Assembly (NCBI GenBank): GCA_021784455.1
Contig: JAJXSS010000001.1
Span: 3,236-43,581 of the forward strand
Reading direction: 5' to 3'
Source of the DNA: Planctomycetota bacterium
GTDB lineage: Bacteria > Planctomycetota > Phycisphaerae > Phycisphaerales > Phycisphaeraceae
Length of the DNA: 40,346 nucleotides
Under the pieces are notes generated by a model. The model was not told where the DNA came from and did not search any database. It saw only the letters and a list, made by a program, of their open reading frames with translations. This document shows positions 26,176 to 34,940 of the stretch, in pieces. The position numbers and the translations under genes are program-made. Position 1 is the stretch's first letter, and each line of letters starts with the position of its first letter.

Positions 26176-26466
26176 ATGGCCGTGTCTACTACGACGCAAA
26201 GCCGCCAGGCGATGGTGGTCATCAAGAACCGCCTGGGCCTGCATGCTCGACCGGCGATGTCCTTCGTGGATGTCGCCAACACCTATACCTCGGACATCCG
26301 GGTGCAGAAAGACAAACAGGTGGTGGATGGCAAGAGCATCATGCAGATGATGATGCTGGCGGCCACGCAGGGGACGGGTCTGAGCATTTCGGCCACCGGC
26401 CCCGACGCCGAAGAGGCGGTGCAGGCCCTGGTAGCCCTGGTCGAGCGGAAGTTCGACGAGGAATAA
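26176..26466 (+). CDS. ptsH: HPr-family phosphocarrier protein (HPr/NPr)
   Basis: VVIKNRLGLHARPA (His15 motif), DGKSIMQMMMLAA (Ser46 region), GPDAEEAV. GGGGGTGGAG lies upstream of ATG 26176. Confidence 0.88.
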   Translation: MAVSTTTQSRQAMVVIKNRLGLHARPAMSFVDVANTYTSDIRVQKDKQVVDGKSIMQMMMLAATQGTGLSISATGPDAEEAVQALVALVERKFDEE

Positions 26467-26552
26467 ACGGCGCTGGGGATCGGGTCCTGCGCGTTCCTCC
26501 GTTCAATGGTTGTGATCCTGGAGGTCGTGCCCAAGAGTTGGGCCGTGGGTTA

Positions 26553-27752
26553 TCACGAGCCGCCCGTGCCCTGAAAGCGCAGTCCGCCGGTGATTTCCAG
26601 GGGCGGCACGGCGACGGGTTGGCCGGCCAGAATCTGCCCGTAGACGGTCGCCAGGGCCCGGCCGTAGCGCTGGCGTGAAAAATAGCTGAAGGCCTCGTGG
26701 CGGGCGGTGTCGGCCAGGGTGCGGGCCGAGCCGGGGTCGGCGAGGATCTGCCCCAGGCGCCGGGCGAGCGTGGCGGCGCTGCCGGGACGGGTGAGCAGGG
26801 CCGAGTGCCGGTCTTCCACGATTTCGCTGACGGCGTAGGAGGCTTGGGCGACAATCGGCACCCCCGCGGCCATGGCCCACAACAGACTCAGCCCCCCGCC
26901 ATGGGGCCCCAAGGTCAGGGCGGCGTCGCACGCCGGCAGGATCTCCCACGGCCGATCCAGCCGCGGTTCATCAATCAGGTTGTCCGGCTTGCCGATGCCG
27001 CGGGCCACCCGGCGGGCACGCAGGCGATGCGTCTGCCGCGGATGTACCAGCAGATGTACGCGGCCACCCCCCGTCGCCGCCACTTCACAGGCTAATCCGG
27101 CCGCCATCATGGCGGGTAGAACATCGGTGGCCTCGGGGGGATCACTGAGCAGGGCCACCACCGTATGCCGCTCCGGGGCGGCGCCCCAGCCCCATTGAGA
27201 CCGCAGGGTGGGACGTTGCGTGTGGGGCACCCTGCCCAAATCCAGCCCCGGCCGCAAGACGTGCACAGCCGATTCGGCCACCCCGCCCGACAGCAGTTCG
27301 CGGCGGATGGTATTGCTGATCGGCAGCAGCACCGTCGGTCCAGGCGCTTCGGCCACGAACCAGCGCAGCCAGTGCACCACGGGCCGCTGGGGAACGAGCG
27401 TCAACGTCAGCACCCGCGGCGTGCGCGGGTAGAGCAGCAGACCCAGCATCAGGCTGCGGACCGACCAGGCGTGCACCAGATCCGGCCGCACGTTGTGCCC
27501 CCTGAGGTGCCAGCGCGCCGCCGGCCAGCCCCACTCGGCCCGGCCGCCGGGCGTGCTGAGGACCGTGGCCTCGCACAGGCCGGCCTGTGCGGCCGACCGC
27601 GCCAACTCCGTGCCGCCGAGGAGCAGCGTGCGCTGGCTTACGTGGTCCCCCAGGCGGTCCTGGGCGGCAGCCATCAGGGCCAGCGTGGTTCCCCGGGCCT
27701 GGGGACTGGCAGCGTCGATAAGGTTGAGAACCAACATGCCAAGCCGATCCAT
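26553..27752 (-). CDS. Glycosyltransferase, GT4/group 1 family
   Basis: C-terminal GT-B signature GGGLSLLWAMAAGVPIVAQASYAVSEIVEDRHSALL (an E-x7-E-like region). It is the last gene of a co-directional four-gene cluster. Confidence 0.78.
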   Translation of the reverse strand: MDRLGMLVLNLIDAASPQARGTTLALMAAAQDRLGDHVSQRTLLLGGTELARSAAQAGLCEATVLSTPGGRAEWGWPAARWHLRGHNVRPDLVHAWSVRSLMLGLLLYPRTPRVLTLTLVPQRPVVHWLRWFVAEAPGPTVLLPISNTIRRELLSGGVAESAVHVLRPGLDLGRVPHTQRPTLRSQWGWGAAPERHTVVALLSDPPEATDVLPAMMAAGLACEVAATGGGRVHLLVHPRQTHRLRARRVARGIGKPDNLIDEPRLDRPWEILPACDAALTLGPHGGGLSLLWAMAAGVPIVAQASYAVSEIVEDRHSALLTRPGSAATLARRLGQILADPGSARTLADTARHEAFSYFSRQRYGRALATVYGQILAGQPVAVPPLEITGGLRFQGTGGS

Positions 27753-27796
27753 GATCGGGGAGCCCGGGCCTGCGGCCGGCAGCGGGGGGGGCCGAT

Positions 27797-28465
27797 CTAG
27801 CGCTGGTACTCCAGCCCCCGCTTGCGGGGCTCATGGGTGTAGAACAGTTCCGCCACCGCGCGTCCGATTTCGTGGGCCATGGCCCGGCGCAGCATGGGCA
27901 TGATGGCCTGCGCATCCTGATCCGATTTGTACTGGGAACGGACCAGCAGCGGATAGCCCATTTCGGCCGGACTGCCGCTGAATTCCGACCCCGGACGCAG
28001 GTGGGGGAAGATTTCCGACCCGTCGGAGACTTTCACCAGCTTCACGTAAACCTGGGCGGTCGGCCGCAGGATTCCCGGGGTGCCCTCGATCGAGGTCTGG
28101 GCCACGTTGATGTATAGAACCTGCTGGGCGCCGACGGCCTTACCCACCTGATCCACGGGCATGTCCCGGAACTTCGGACCCAGGCGGGCGGCCAGATCGA
28201 CGATCCGGGCGGGATCGATGACCGTGGTCAGGGCCTTGACCTGCTGCAGGTCGCTGCCGGCCTGGACCGCGATGATGCCGGGCATGGCCGGGTCTCCCAG
28301 GCAGTTGGTACGGTCATCCACCAGGATGGCCGTGGGGCGGTCGGGCAGTTTGTAGATCGCATCCACGCGCGGCGGGACGACCTTGTCGGCCAGGAATCCT
28401 GCGATGGCGCAACCGCCCATCAGGGCCACCAGACCGGCCAGCACCAAACCTCGAACTGTCCGCAT
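27797..28465 (-). CDS. Hypothetical lipoprotein, paralogue of 28596-29252
   Basis: Lipobox LMGGC. About 220 aa and collinear with its neighbour: AILVDDRTN vs AIVVLADDST, VLYINVAQTSIEG vs LMLIDLTHFSTHE, and a C-terminal amphipathic helix. Confidence 0.7.
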   Translation of the reverse strand: MRTVRGLVLAGLVALMGGCAIAGFLADKVVPPRVDAIYKLPDRPTAILVDDRTNCLGDPAMPGIIAVQAGSDLQQVKALTTVIDPARIVDLAARLGPKFRDMPVDQVGKAVGAQQVLYINVAQTSIEGTPGILRPTAQVYVKLVKVSDGSEIFPHLRPGSEFSGSPAEMGYPLLVRSQYKSDQDAQAIMPMLRRAMAHEIGRAVAELFYTHEPRKRGLEYQR

Positions 28466-28595
28466 ACCATGTCCTTACCTGTTGCGGTCCGGCTTCCGAC
28501 GGCCGGCCTGGGCCGAGCGCTTCCGACCCCGGCCCCGGGGGCATCGGGGCGGCCGGGAGCGGCCGAAACATCGGGGCCCCGCCGGGTGTTGGCCC

Positions 28596-29252
28596 CTAGC
28601 GCGAGGAGGCGACAAAGCGGGCCAGCAGGTTGTGCGTGAACGTCTGCAGCAGGGCCAGCCGCACCGTCTGTTCGTCGGAATCCAGCACCCCCAGGGAGCG
28701 GTCGCCGGGATACTGGGCACTGACGTTGGTACGGTAGACGAAGTTGTCGGGGTTCGCGCTTTCCGCTTCGCCGATGGACACGTTGGCCACCATGACCCCC
28801 ATCCAGACATTGGCGTTGCCGGGCTCATGGGTGCTGAAATGGGTCAGGTCGATGAGCATGAGCCGCTGGACCTTCAGACGCCGGATCAGATCCGAGGGGG
28901 GCAGCGTTTCCCAGTAGGGATTGTCGCGCTCGAACTTGGTCAATGCCCGGGGATCGGTCACCTTGACTCCCGGCACGGCGACGGTCAGGGCACTGGCCAC
29001 GGCCTGCGACACGTTCAGCGGAATATCGGGATACTCGTACAGCGTGCTGTCGTCGGCCAGCACCACGATGGCGACCGAATGATGGGCCAAGCCCGAATAT
29101 TCGGGTTTGGCCGGGGTCCGGTCGCCAAAGCCGGGCATGTTGGAAAGGGTGCAGCCGCCCACCAGCGGCAGAATCGCGGCCAGAACCAGCGCCAGGGCGC
29201 GGGCGGCCGGCCGGGAGACGCCACCGGCCCATCTCTGAAGCATCCTGATCAT
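28596..29252 (-). CDS. Hypothetical lipoprotein, paralogue of 27797-28465
   Basis: Start taken at MIRMLQRW (ATG 29252), which gives the lipobox LVGGC. The ATGA overlap with the stop of the upstream DUF2752 gene suggests translational coupling. Confidence 0.7.
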   Translation of the reverse strand: MIRMLQRWAGGVSRPAARALALVLAAILPLVGGCTLSNMPGFGDRTPAKPEYSGLAHHSVAIVVLADDSTLYEYPDIPLNVSQAVASALTVAVPGVKVTDPRALTKFERDNPYWETLPPSDLIRRLKVQRLMLIDLTHFSTHEPGNANVWMGVMVANVSIGEAESANPDNFVYRTNVSAQYPGDRSLGVLDSDEQTVRLALLQTFTHNLLARFVASSR

Positions 29253-29719
29253 GGGAAAATCCCGCGTACGGTAAGAACCTTGTAGCCCCAGGCCCCCAGG
29301 ATGATAACACCGGCCGCCAGGAACGTCCCCGGCCGCAGCACCCGCCGGGCCAACGGTGCCAAGTCGGCCCCGGTGACCAGGGCCCAGGCGCAAACCAGCA
29401 CGCACGCGGCGGTCAGGAGCGCCAGCAGAGCCCCGGCCGGCTGGGTGTAAAAGGCCATCAGCAGATGGCCGTGGGCCGCCCAGGCGAATGAGGTGGTCAT
29501 GCCGCAGGTGGCGCAAGGATAACCCGTCGTCAGGTAGAACGCACACGCCGGCAGCCCCAGTTCCTCATGCGTGCCCAAGCCGTGGGGATCCGGCCGCAGC
29601 CAGGCGGCCAGACCCAGGACGCTCAGCCCCAGCACCAGCAGCACGGCCGGCACGAGCCGGCGCAGCAGGATTTCCTCCCCGCTCAGTGCGAGGGTCACGG
29701 TGTCTTGGGTATCGGCCAT
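29249..29719 (-). CDS. DUF2752-family membrane protein
   Basis: CAFYLTTGYPCATCGMTTSF matches the C-x-f-x3-tG-x2-C-P/A-x-CG-x-TR/S motif of DUF2752. It is flanked by TM helices. Confidence 0.75.
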   Translation of the reverse strand: MADTQDTVTLALSGEEILLRRLVPAVLLVLGLSVLGLAAWLRPDPHGLGTHEELGLPACAFYLTTGYPCATCGMTTSFAWAAHGHLLMAFYTQPAGALLALLTAACVLVCAWALVTGADLAPLARRVLRPGTFLAAGVIILGAWGYKVLTVRGIFP

Positions 29720-29856
29720 CGCAGGACCTCCATAAGGGGGGAACGGCGGCGACAGTCAGGGCCAATGCAGGCAGGCTCCGGTCGGTACAGGCATTCGTTC
29801 TGGGGCGACAGCGGCGGCGCCGCCTGTTCGGGCCGGATATCCGATAAGATGATGAT

Positions 29857-30867
29857 ATGGCATTTCGTCTCACCTCGGATCGTCCCCGTCTGCCGCGCCG
29901 CCACCCGGGCGGCCTGCAGCCGGCTCTGCCCCTGGGGCCCGGCGGCCGGCGCCGCCGCACCATGCGGCGTTCGGCGGCCGTGCTGCCAGCCATGTTCACC
30001 CTGGGCAATGCCCTTTGCGGCTTCATGGCTATTTTCATGGCCAGCAGCACCGGCTTGGTTACGCCCCTGCCTTTCGATTGGTCGCCGCTGACCTTTGCCG
30101 CCGCCTTTATCTTCCTGGGGATGGTGTTTGATGCCCTGGACGGTCGCATTGCCCGCCTGACCCACAGCACCTCGGACCTGGGCGTGCAACTGGATTCGAT
30201 GGCCGACATGGTCAGCTTTGGAGTGGCCCCGGCTTTTATCGCTGTGCAACTGGTGCTGGGGCAGTTGGCCGCCGCCGGCAGCCGGCTGGTGCCATTCCTG
30301 GGGGCCTCGGGCAAGGTGGATACGTACTTTGGCCGCCTGGCCCTGATCGTGGCCCTGATCTACGTTGCCTGCGCGGCCCTGCGCCTGGCCCGCTTTAACC
30401 TCGAGGTCAAGAGCCCCAACGTTTCCGACCACATGCATTTCAAAGGCCTTCCTTCCCCCGGGGCCGCGGGCACGGTGGCCAGTCTGGTGCTGCTGCACGA
30501 GCACATTCTGCGCCATCCCACCTCCGTGGCCTGGGCCAGCCAGGGTGCGGCGGTGGTGATGGTGGTGGTGATGCTGCTGGTGGCGTTCGCCATGGTCAGC
30601 CGCCTGCGTTACGTGCATGTCATGAACCGGTACGTGCGCGGGCGGGCGCCGTTCACCACCTTGGCGAAGTTCGTGGTGGTGGGGCTGCTGCTGTCCATCT
30701 CGCTGCAATGGTCGCTGGCAGCGGGATTTGTGATTTATGCTCTGACAGCTCCTGCATCAGAGGCCTATCGTCGGGTGATGGGCCGAAAGCCCGCTGTACC
30801 CCCGCGAGGCTCGGGCCAGGACGGCCCGTCGGACCTTGATCCTCCGGCGAATCGTCATGTGGGTTGA
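29857..30867 (+). CDS. pssA: CDP-diacylglycerol--serine O-phosphatidyltransferase (CDP-alcohol phosphatidyltransferase family)
   Basis: DALDGRIARLTHSTSDLGVQLDSMADMVSFG matches D-x2-DG-x2-AR-x8-G-x3-D-x3-D. A multi-TM protein with LPAMFTLGNALCGF at the N-terminus. The start may be ATG 29962. Confidence 0.85.
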   Translation: MAFRLTSDRPRLPRRHPGGLQPALPLGPGGRRRRTMRRSAAVLPAMFTLGNALCGFMAIFMASSTGLVTPLPFDWSPLTFAAAFIFLGMVFDALDGRIARLTHSTSDLGVQLDSMADMVSFGVAPAFIAVQLVLGQLAAAGSRLVPFLGASGKVDTYFGRLALIVALIYVACAALRLARFNLEVKSPNVSDHMHFKGLPSPGAAGTVASLVLLHEHILRHPTSVAWASQGAAVVMVVVMLLVAFAMVSRLRYVHVMNRYVRGRAPFTTLAKFVVVGLLLSISLQWSLAAGFVIYALTAPASEAYRRVMGRKPAVPPRGSGQDGPSDLDPPANRHVG

Positions 30868-30943
30868 GCCTCCGGCGGCGTCGGGCCGGGCACCGCCCGA
30901 ATTCACCACCGCGTTCTAACTCCATGTCTGATAAGTAGAAAAC

Positions 30944-30973
30944 TTGACGAGGTTACACATCCGCCGCTAACAT
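30944..30973 (+). promoter_or_regulatory. Sigma-70-like promoter at the head of the long ORF-free region upstream of rny
   Basis: TTGACG (30944-30949), an 18-nt spacer, then TAACAT (30968-30973). This is the only AT-leaning patch in the region. Confidence 0.35.
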
Positions 30974-31454
30974 ACTATTGCTGCCCGGTTGCCGTCGTTG
31001 AGCCTGCTGTAAGCGGGTTCCGCGGCTCCGATAGGCGGGATACAACCGGCACGAGCCAGGCGGAACATGAGCCTGGGAACGGCCGCTTATGCCGGTGAGC
31101 CTTGGCGGGCCACCGGCCGTCCAGATGGACGGATAGATTGACGATGCTCAATGGATCTCGCTTGAATTCGTGGTTTGACGCAGCAGGGCCCGGGCGGGGG
31201 CTTATCGGTTCACGGGTGGTCAGGGTGTACCCCGGACCTGTGCAATCCCCTGCCGATGTGGGCCGTGGCGTTTATCCATTGCTGGCGTAAAGCCAGGCAT
31301 CGCCCATCTTGCCTGTCCTTCGGACGCCTGGCGCGGTCTGTTTACCGTCGTGTGTTCCACGGCTTGCCAACGTGGTTCCGTCTTCGGCTCGTGCCCCAAT
31401 CGCCGGTTGCTGACGGGCTTGACCCGCTTCGGCCCGGCTTGAAAGGGGTGCCTT

Positions 31455-33098
31455 GTGGTTTCTACATTTGCTTTGTTCCCGGTTCTGGGACAGGCGGCCG
31501 AAGGGCCGGTGCTTCCCATCCTGATCGGTCTGGTGGTGGGGGTGATCATCGGGGGGCTGGCTCTGATCGCCATCATGAAGATGTTCGGCAGCCAGACCCT
31601 GTCGGTCGCTAAACGACAGGCCGAGGACCTCCTGAAGACCGCCAAGACCGATGCCGACAACTTGCGCCGCAAGGCCGAACTGGACATCCGCGATGAGCTG
31701 GCCAAGCGCCGCACGGATTTCGAAGCCGAAACGGATTCGCTGCGCAATGAACTGAAGGAGGCCGAACGCCGCGTCGCCAAGCGTGAAGACACCCTGGACC
31801 GCAAGCTGGATGTCCTGACCACCAAGGAAAAGTACCTGGACGAGCTGGATGCCGGCATCAAGAAGCGCGAGGGCTCGCTGAACCAGAAGGAAGAGCAGGC
31901 GGACAAGCTGCTGGCCGAGCGCCGCGAGATCCTGGAAAAGACCCGCGAGGAGCAGAAGCAGGTACTGCTGCGCCTGACCAATCTGTCGCCGGAAGAGGCC
32001 CGTCGCCAGGCGCTCAAGGCCGTGGAACAGGAAGTGCAGCACGAGGCCGCCCAGGTGGTGCAGCGGGAGATGCAGCGGGCCGAGGAGGAAGCCAAGGATC
32101 ACGCTCTGAAAATCACGCTGCAGGCCATCCAGCGCTACGCCTCCGAGCACACCTCCGAGTCCACGGTCAGCGCCATCCCCATCACGTCCGACGACATGAA
32201 GGGCCGGGTCATCGGCCGCGAGGGGCGCAATATCCGGGCTTTTGAGAAGGCCACCGGTGTGGACGTGATCGTGGATGACACCCCCGGCGTGATCGTCGTG
32301 TCGTGCTTTGATCCGGTGCGGCGGGCCGTGGCCGCCGAATCGCTGCAGAAACTGCTGGAGGATGGGCGGATTCACCCCGCCCGCATTGAAGAGGTGGTCG
32401 AGCAGATCAACAAGGACATGGCCCAGCGCATCCTGAAATTCGGCAAGGAGGCGTGCATCGAGGCCAATATCCAGGGCCTGAATCCCAAGGTGGTGGAAAT
32501 GGTCGGCCGGCTGCACTACCGGCTGTCCTACGGGCAGAACATCCTGCGCCACTCCATCGAGACGGCCTACCTGTGCCAGGTCATCGCCGATGAACTGGGC
32601 CTGGACGGCACCATCGCCCGCCGCTGCGGCTTCCTGCACGACATCGGCAAGGCCATGGACCACGAGATGGAGGGCGGCCACCCCGCCATCGGTGCCGAAT
32701 TCCTCAAGAAGCTCGGGGAGCGCGAGGAGGTTCTCAACGCCGTGGCCGGGCACCACAACGACATCCCCGCTACCACGCCCTATACGCCCATCGTCATGGC
32801 CGCCGACGCCATCTCCGGGGCCCGGCCCGGGGCCCGGCGCGAGACCCTGGAAAAATACATCAAGCGGCTGGAACAGCTCGAGGGCATCGCCATGGACATG
32901 GGCGGCGTGCGCCAGGCCTATGCCATCCAGGCCGGCCGCGAGGTGCGCGTGATCGTCGATCCCGACCGCGTGGACGATGGCAAGTGCTTCGTGATTGCCC
33001 GCGACATCGCCAAGCGCGTCAGCGAGGAGATGACCTTCCCCGGCGAGATCAAGATCACCGTGCTGCGCGAGATGCGCACGGTGGAGTACGCGCGGTAA
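31455..33098 (+). CDS. rny: Ribonuclease Y
   Basis: N-terminal TM helix, a long charged coiled coil, KH domain [26 protein letters not shown], and HD domain [10 protein letters not shown]...GFLHDIGKA...GHH. GTG start at 31455. Confidence 0.93.
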   Translation: MVSTFALFPVLGQAAEGPVLPILIGLVVGVIIGGLALIAIMKMFGSQTLSVAKRQAEDLLKTAKTDADNLRRKAELDIRDELAKRRTDFEAETDSLRNELKEAERRVAKREDTLDRKLDVLTTKEKYLDELDAGIKKREGSLNQKEEQADKLLAERREILEKTREEQKQVLLRLTNLSPEEARRQALKAVEQEVQHEAAQVVQREMQRAEEEAKDHALKITLQAIQRYASEHTSESTVSAIPITSDDMKGRVIGREGRNIRAFEKATGVDVIVDDTPGVIVVSCFDPVRRAVAAESLQKLLEDGRIHPARIEEVVEQINKDMAQRILKFGKEACIEANIQGLNPKVVEMVGRLHYRLSYGQNILRHSIETAYLCQVIADELGLDGTIARRCGFLHDIGKAMDHEMEGGHPAIGAEFLKKLGEREEVLNAVAGHHNDIPATTPYTPIVMAADAISGARPGARRETLEKYIKRLEQLEGIAMDMGGVRQAYAIQAGREVRVIVDPDRVDDGKCFVIARDIAKRVSEEMTFPGEIKITVLREMRTVEYAR

Positions 33099-33226
33099 AG
33101 ACGCGGCGTGATGACCGCAGTTCGACTGGGGAGGGCGAGGTTGCGCCGGCGCCGCGGCGCCCGCCGCAAGCCGGTCAGATTGCGCCCCTGCCCGCTCGCG
33201 AGGGGCAGCGATCCGCCCGGGTCAAC

Positions 33227-33334
33227 GTGCGATTGACGCCCGCAGAGAAGAACCTGCTGGAATCCCGCGCCAAGGCCCGCGGGTTCCGCGGCTTGTCCGA
33301 TTTCATCCGCACGGCGGTGCTGACGGAGAAGTGA
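33227..33334 (+). CDS. Candidate mini ribbon-helix-helix (CopG/MobC-like) ORF, or a remnant of one
   Basis: VRLTPAEKNLLESRAKARGFRGLSDFIRTAVLTEK has the RHH pattern: a beta-strand xRLT, helix A, then G-x-S-x-(D/E)-F-I-R in helix B. The only in-frame starts are GTG 33227 (35 aa) or GTG 32984, which overlaps rny by 115 nt. Confidence 0.35.
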   Translation: MRLTPAEKNLLESRAKARGFRGLSDFIRTAVLTEK

Positions 33335-33492
33335 AGGCGGCAAGGCTTTGATTCCGCGGTTCCCTTCCGGGAACCGGCGGGCATGGCCGGGGGGCGGCGC
33401 TCGCGTTCGCCGGCCACGCGCTCGCCGGCCCCGACCCGGCTTCGGGTCCGAGCGTATACAATGGAAGCAGGACACCCTTGGAGATACTTGCC

Positions 33493-34116
33493 ATGAAACA
33501 CCGACTGTTGCTGTGGTCGCTGCCTTTGGTGGGGCTGGGTCTTCTGGCCGCCGGGTGTACCAGTGAACCGGCAGGTTACCACCAGGGCCGCGTTCCCGTG
33601 TCGGGCACCACGGATGCCGAGATCAACAACGATCTGATCTTTCCGGCCGCCCTGATCGAGGCTTCCGACCAGTTCGCCCAGCAGTTCGCCCAGGACCTCT
33701 CCACCATGCCCATCGTGGCCCAGACCAACGGGCCGATCACGGTGATCGTGGGCGATGTGAACAACAAGACCGGCATCGTCGGCTCCAGCGACTTCGAGAT
33801 GCTGGCCGCCCGTCTGCGCAACAGCCTCCTCCAGAGCAAGTACGTCACCGACAAGGTGCACTTCGTGGAAAGCCGGGCCCGCATGCAGAACCTGGCCGCC
33901 CGCGAAGGCGTGGGCGAAAACCCCGTAGCCGCCGGTCCGCCGCAGTACGACCCGGCCACCACCTACGCCTTGAACCTGGATGTCTACCGCGTGGGCCGCG
34001 TGTCGTCCGAGGGCGACACCAACTACTACTACATCGAGGCCGAGCTCGTGAATTTCAAGACCAATCAGATCGTGGAAGCCCCGCGCCGCTATGAGATCAA
34101 ACAGTGGCACCCGTAA
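33493..34116 (+). CDS. LpoB-like lipoprotein (penicillin-binding protein activator family architecture)
   Basis: Lipobox LAAGC. ITVIVGDVNNKTG...FEMLAARLRNSLLQS...YYYIEAELVNFKTNQIV follows the LpoB/TolB-N-like pattern (strand-x-N-x-T, helix, C-terminal beta hairpin). Confidence 0.65.
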   Translation: MKHRLLLWSLPLVGLGLLAAGCTSEPAGYHQGRVPVSGTTDAEINNDLIFPAALIEASDQFAQQFAQDLSTMPIVAQTNGPITVIVGDVNNKTGIVGSSDFEMLAARLRNSLLQSKYVTDKVHFVESRARMQNLAAREGVGENPVAAGPPQYDPATTYALNLDVYRVGRVSSEGDTNYYYIEAELVNFKTNQIVEAPRRYEIKQWHP

Positions 34117-34772
34117 CCGACCGAAGGCGGCAAGGGGCAAGCGGAACTTACCAGGCTAAGGTCCCGGAATTGAGACCGCACCCGATTCCTCTGCGAGCCA
34201 TTTTTCGACACGCGCTGGGCCTGGGGCTTCCCGTTCTTTTTCTGGCTTCCTGCGCCGCCCCGCAGTCCACGCAGATTCGGCCCCAAGACCTGACGGAAAT
34301 GGCCGCCGCCATGGCCCAGAGCCTGGCCCGGGCCCCGGCCATCATGGACCGCACACCCAGCAGCCCCGAGTGGTTTGTCAGCATCCAGCGCGTCACCAAC
34401 CTCACGACGGACGTCATCCCCGCACGCGAGCTTTGGGCGGTGATGGCCCTGCTGCGCTCCTCGCTGCCCATCCGGGCCTTCATGCAGCAGCGGAATATCG
34501 CCTTCGTGCTTCCGGCCCAAAGAGTGCGGGAACTGCGGGCCGATCCCAATCTGGGCGCCGCGGTCGGCGATTTCGATGCCCGTTTCGGCTCGGACCGTAA
34601 AGTGACGCACGTCATGACTGCGGTCTTCCGTTCCGTCACACGCGCCACGGCCGATGCCCGCACCGATCTCTACGAGTGCGACTTTGAGATCGTGGACCTC
34701 CGGACGGGGAGGCCCGTCTGGGCGGATCACTTCACCTTCAAACGGTTCGCCAGCGGGGCGATCTGGGACTGA
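34104..34772 (+). CDS. LpoB-like lipoprotein, second tandem copy
   Basis: Lipobox LASC. FVSIQRVTNLTT...LWAVMALLRSSL...LYECDFEIVDLRTGRPVW has the same architecture as the upstream gene. Start is either GTG 34104 (overlapping the upstream stop) or TTG 34170. Confidence 0.6.
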   Translation: MAPVTDRRRQGASGTYQAKVPELRPHPIPLRAIFRHALGLGLPVLFLASCAAPQSTQIRPQDLTEMAAAMAQSLARAPAIMDRTPSSPEWFVSIQRVTNLTTDVIPARELWAVMALLRSSLPIRAFMQQRNIAFVLPAQRVRELRADPNLGAAVGDFDARFGSDRKVTHVMTAVFRSVTRATADARTDLYECDFEIVDLRTGRPVWADHFTFKRFASGAIWD

Positions 34773-34940
34773 AGACCACGCGGCGCTATCGGCCGAACCG
34801 TTGCCGGCCGATATCTAGAAGTGGAGCATTTGCGGCCAAGGGTGCCGCCAAGGGGGTCTTTCAGCGGGGTGGGCGGCAGTAAAGCCACGTCTATGCCACT
34901 CCGACGGTACCGTCCCTTGCGGCCTAGGCGGGAGGTGCTT

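Noticed and set aside
31220-32756. 291-aa and 494-aa minus-strand ORFs
   Set aside because: Both are antisense to rny, which has unambiguous KH and HD domains. One is a Ser/Arg homopolymer-like mirror of the rny coiled-coil region.
32984-33334. Full 116-aa version of the RHH-like ORF
   Set aside because: Its first 115 nt overlap the rny coding end in another frame. The N-terminal 80 residues are Arg/Asp/Pro low complexity. Only the last 35-45 codons look protein-like, so I kept it as a low-confidence short ORF or remnant.
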